A DNA stretch of 64,000 nucleotides, taken from the NCBI GenBank assembly GCA_963737635.1, contig CAVTTL010000001.1, positions 2,336,001 to 2,400,000 of the forward strand. The letters are read 5' to 3'. Numbering within the stretch: position 1 is the stretch's first letter; every line of letters starts with the position of its first letter. This document shows, piece after piece, positions 62,021 to 64,000 of the stretch. Below the pieces are notes generated by a model, which did no database searches, was not told the origin of the DNA, and worked only from the letters and a program-made list of their open reading frames with translations. Source of the stretch: an uncultured Methanoregulaceae archaeon (GTDB lineage: Archaea; Halobacteriota; Methanomicrobia; Methanomicrobiales; Methanospirillaceae). The translations under genes were made by a program, and so were the position numbers.

Positions 62021-62925
62021 ATGATCCTCAAGGATTTTCTTGCTGAAGCCGGAACGGAAAAAAATCTTGCCGGGCTTATTCTCTTCCTGAGCGAACAGGC
62101 AGGCGAGATAAAAACGGGATTTCTTGCAAACTGCATGAATACCGGGGACTGCGGCACCCAAAACATCTTCGGGGAAGACCAGAAGCCTCTTGACAAGTTC
62201 GCCGACGATATATTTGTCAACGCGCTCATACAATCCCGTCTCGTCCGGTACATCGCGACCGAAGAGCAGGAAAAGATCATCGAGGTCGACAAGGCAAAGA
62301 ATAATTTCGGCGTTGTTATCGACCCGCTCGATGGCTCCTCGCTCATCGATGTCAACCTCTGCGTCGGCTCCATCATCGGGATCTATCCCGGCGATGTCCT
62401 CGAAAAGGGATCCCGGATGATCGCCTCCATGTACATGCTGTACGGGCCTCTTACGCTTCTCACGTTTACCACCAAACACGGCGTGCACGAATTCGTCCAG
62501 CGCGAAGACGGGGAATTTGTCCTGCGCCACCGCGACATACATATTCCCGACGGCAAGATCCATTCTCCCGGGGCGCTGCGCAGGGACTATCTCGAACCCC
62601 ACGCACAGTGGATCGGCCATCTCGAGAACGAGGGCTACAAACTCCGGTTCAGCGGCTGTTTTGTCGCTGACGTCCACCAGATCCTCCACAAAGGCGGGGT
62701 GTTTACGTACCCGGGTACAAGGGAAAGGAGACCGGGAAACTGCGCCTCCTCTACGAGGCAAACCCCATGGCCATGATCATCTGCGAGGCCGGGGGGGCGG
62801 TCAGCGACGGGCACCGGGATTACCGGGAGATCACGCCGTCATCGATCGATCAGGTCACGCCCATTTACATCGGCGGCAAAAAGGAGATCGCAAAGATTGA
62901 AAAATATATGAAGGAAGGTACGTAA
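62021..62925 (+). CDS. fbp: Class I fructose-1,6-bisphosphatase (frameshift near 62725)
   Basis: [36 protein letters not shown]; [11 protein letters not shown] in the next frame. Confidence 0.93.
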
Positions 62926-62937
62926 AGGAGCAGCATC

Positions 62938-64000
62938 ATGAACACGCACACCTTTGAGCCGATCCCGGGCTCGACCATTTTAACCGGGGTGAACGGCAAA
63001 AAAGCCATCGTCATGGCCGCAAACGTCCGCATCGCGACGGTTGCCGAAGGCATTTTCAAAGCAGCAAAAGACACCGATTCAGCGGTCTTCATGGAACTCG
63101 CCCGGTCGGAATCCGATCTTACCGGCGGGTACACCGGTATGACCCCGCAGGTCTTCTCGGAGAAGATGCACGCCGCAGCAGCGGCGACGGGGTGCGACGT
63201 CTGGGCGCTTCATGCAGATCACATCTCGATCAAAAAGGGGGACGCCGCCGAGATCCTGGGAACAAAACAGCTGATCGATGCGCAGGTGAGTGCCGGGTAC
63301 ACCTCCTTTGCCATCGATGCCTCGCACCTCTTCAACTTCCAGGGAAAGAATGTCCGGGAGGAACTCGCGCAGAACATCCAGGTCACGTCCGAGATCGCTA
63401 AGTATATCCAGCAAAAAATGAAGGGCCGGGACTTTGGCCTTGAAGTGGAAGTGGGGGAGATCGGGAGGAAAGATACCGAAGGCCTGATCCTCACCAAGCC
63501 CGAGGAAGCGGTCGGCTTTATCAAGGCCCTCAACGAAAACGAGGTCTACCCCAACGTGATCGCTATCGCAAACGGGAGTTCGCACGGCCATTCCTACGAT
63601 GCCAACGGGAACGTTGTCGAACAGACTCTCGATCGATATCCCCCGGACACAGGCTATCGCTCAGGCGCTCCGGGACAACCATCTCACGGTCGGGATCGCC
63701 CAGCACGGCATCACCGGCACCCCCCGGGATCTCATCAACCTGCACTTCCCCAAAGGCGATATCATCAAGGGAAATGTCGGTACCTTCTGGCAGGATGTTG
63801 CGTTTGGCATCCTGAAGATCTACGAGCCGAAGCTGTACAAGGATATCATGGACTGGACGCTGGAGAAATACCGGCCCGACAACCCGGGCAAAAAAGACCG
63901 TCAGATTATCGACGGCAACTGCAAGAACGCGATAAAAGTCTTCTATAAAGAAATCTACGCAGTCGACGAAGATACCAACAAGGCCATGCAGGCAATGGCG
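62938..64000 (+). CDS. fba: Class II fructose-bisphosphate aldolase (frameshift near 63627; runs off the window)
   Basis: LHADH, IDASH, EVEVGEIG, IANGSSHG; IAQHGITG and KGNVGT in the shifted frame. Confidence 0.92.

Overview
Archaeal DNA, most likely a Methanomicrobiales methanogen (Methanoregula-like). This is inferred from the archaellin, REC-GAF-PAS kinases, PKD/lipoprotein surface genes, DUF1673-type proteins and BRE/TATA promoters. Core-like GC-richer flanks (sensor kinases, MFS, grpE-dnaK-dnaJ-clpB, fbp-fba) enclose a mosaic accessory region, with a clearly AT-richer island at about 35.7-52.8 kb. The island carries defence-type genes (DUF6602 nuclease, HEPN, Mrr-like, YegI-like kinase), small RHH/AbrB regulators and membrane or lipoprotein cargo. 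Its clearest structure is a 3.2 kb cargo-carrying IS6-like transposon (49539-52757) with a SWIM/zinc-ribbon/DDE transposase and bipartite ~60 bp terminal inverted repeats. This element sits 10 bp from the end of a second element of the same family. About 20 degenerate GGTTCTG-type ends and mini-elements, plus transposase 3' remnants, are scattered through the window, often at gene 3' ends. At least three unannotated, strongly foldable non-coding segments (34701-34871, 43472-43737, 48839-48954) are candidate ncRNAs. Many genes, including dnaK, fbp and fba, carry single frameshifts, several at homopolymers, which are probably assembly indels. No CRISPR array, tRNA, rRNA, integrase or reverse transcriptase was recognised. 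All family assignments come from motif recognition by eye, not database searches.
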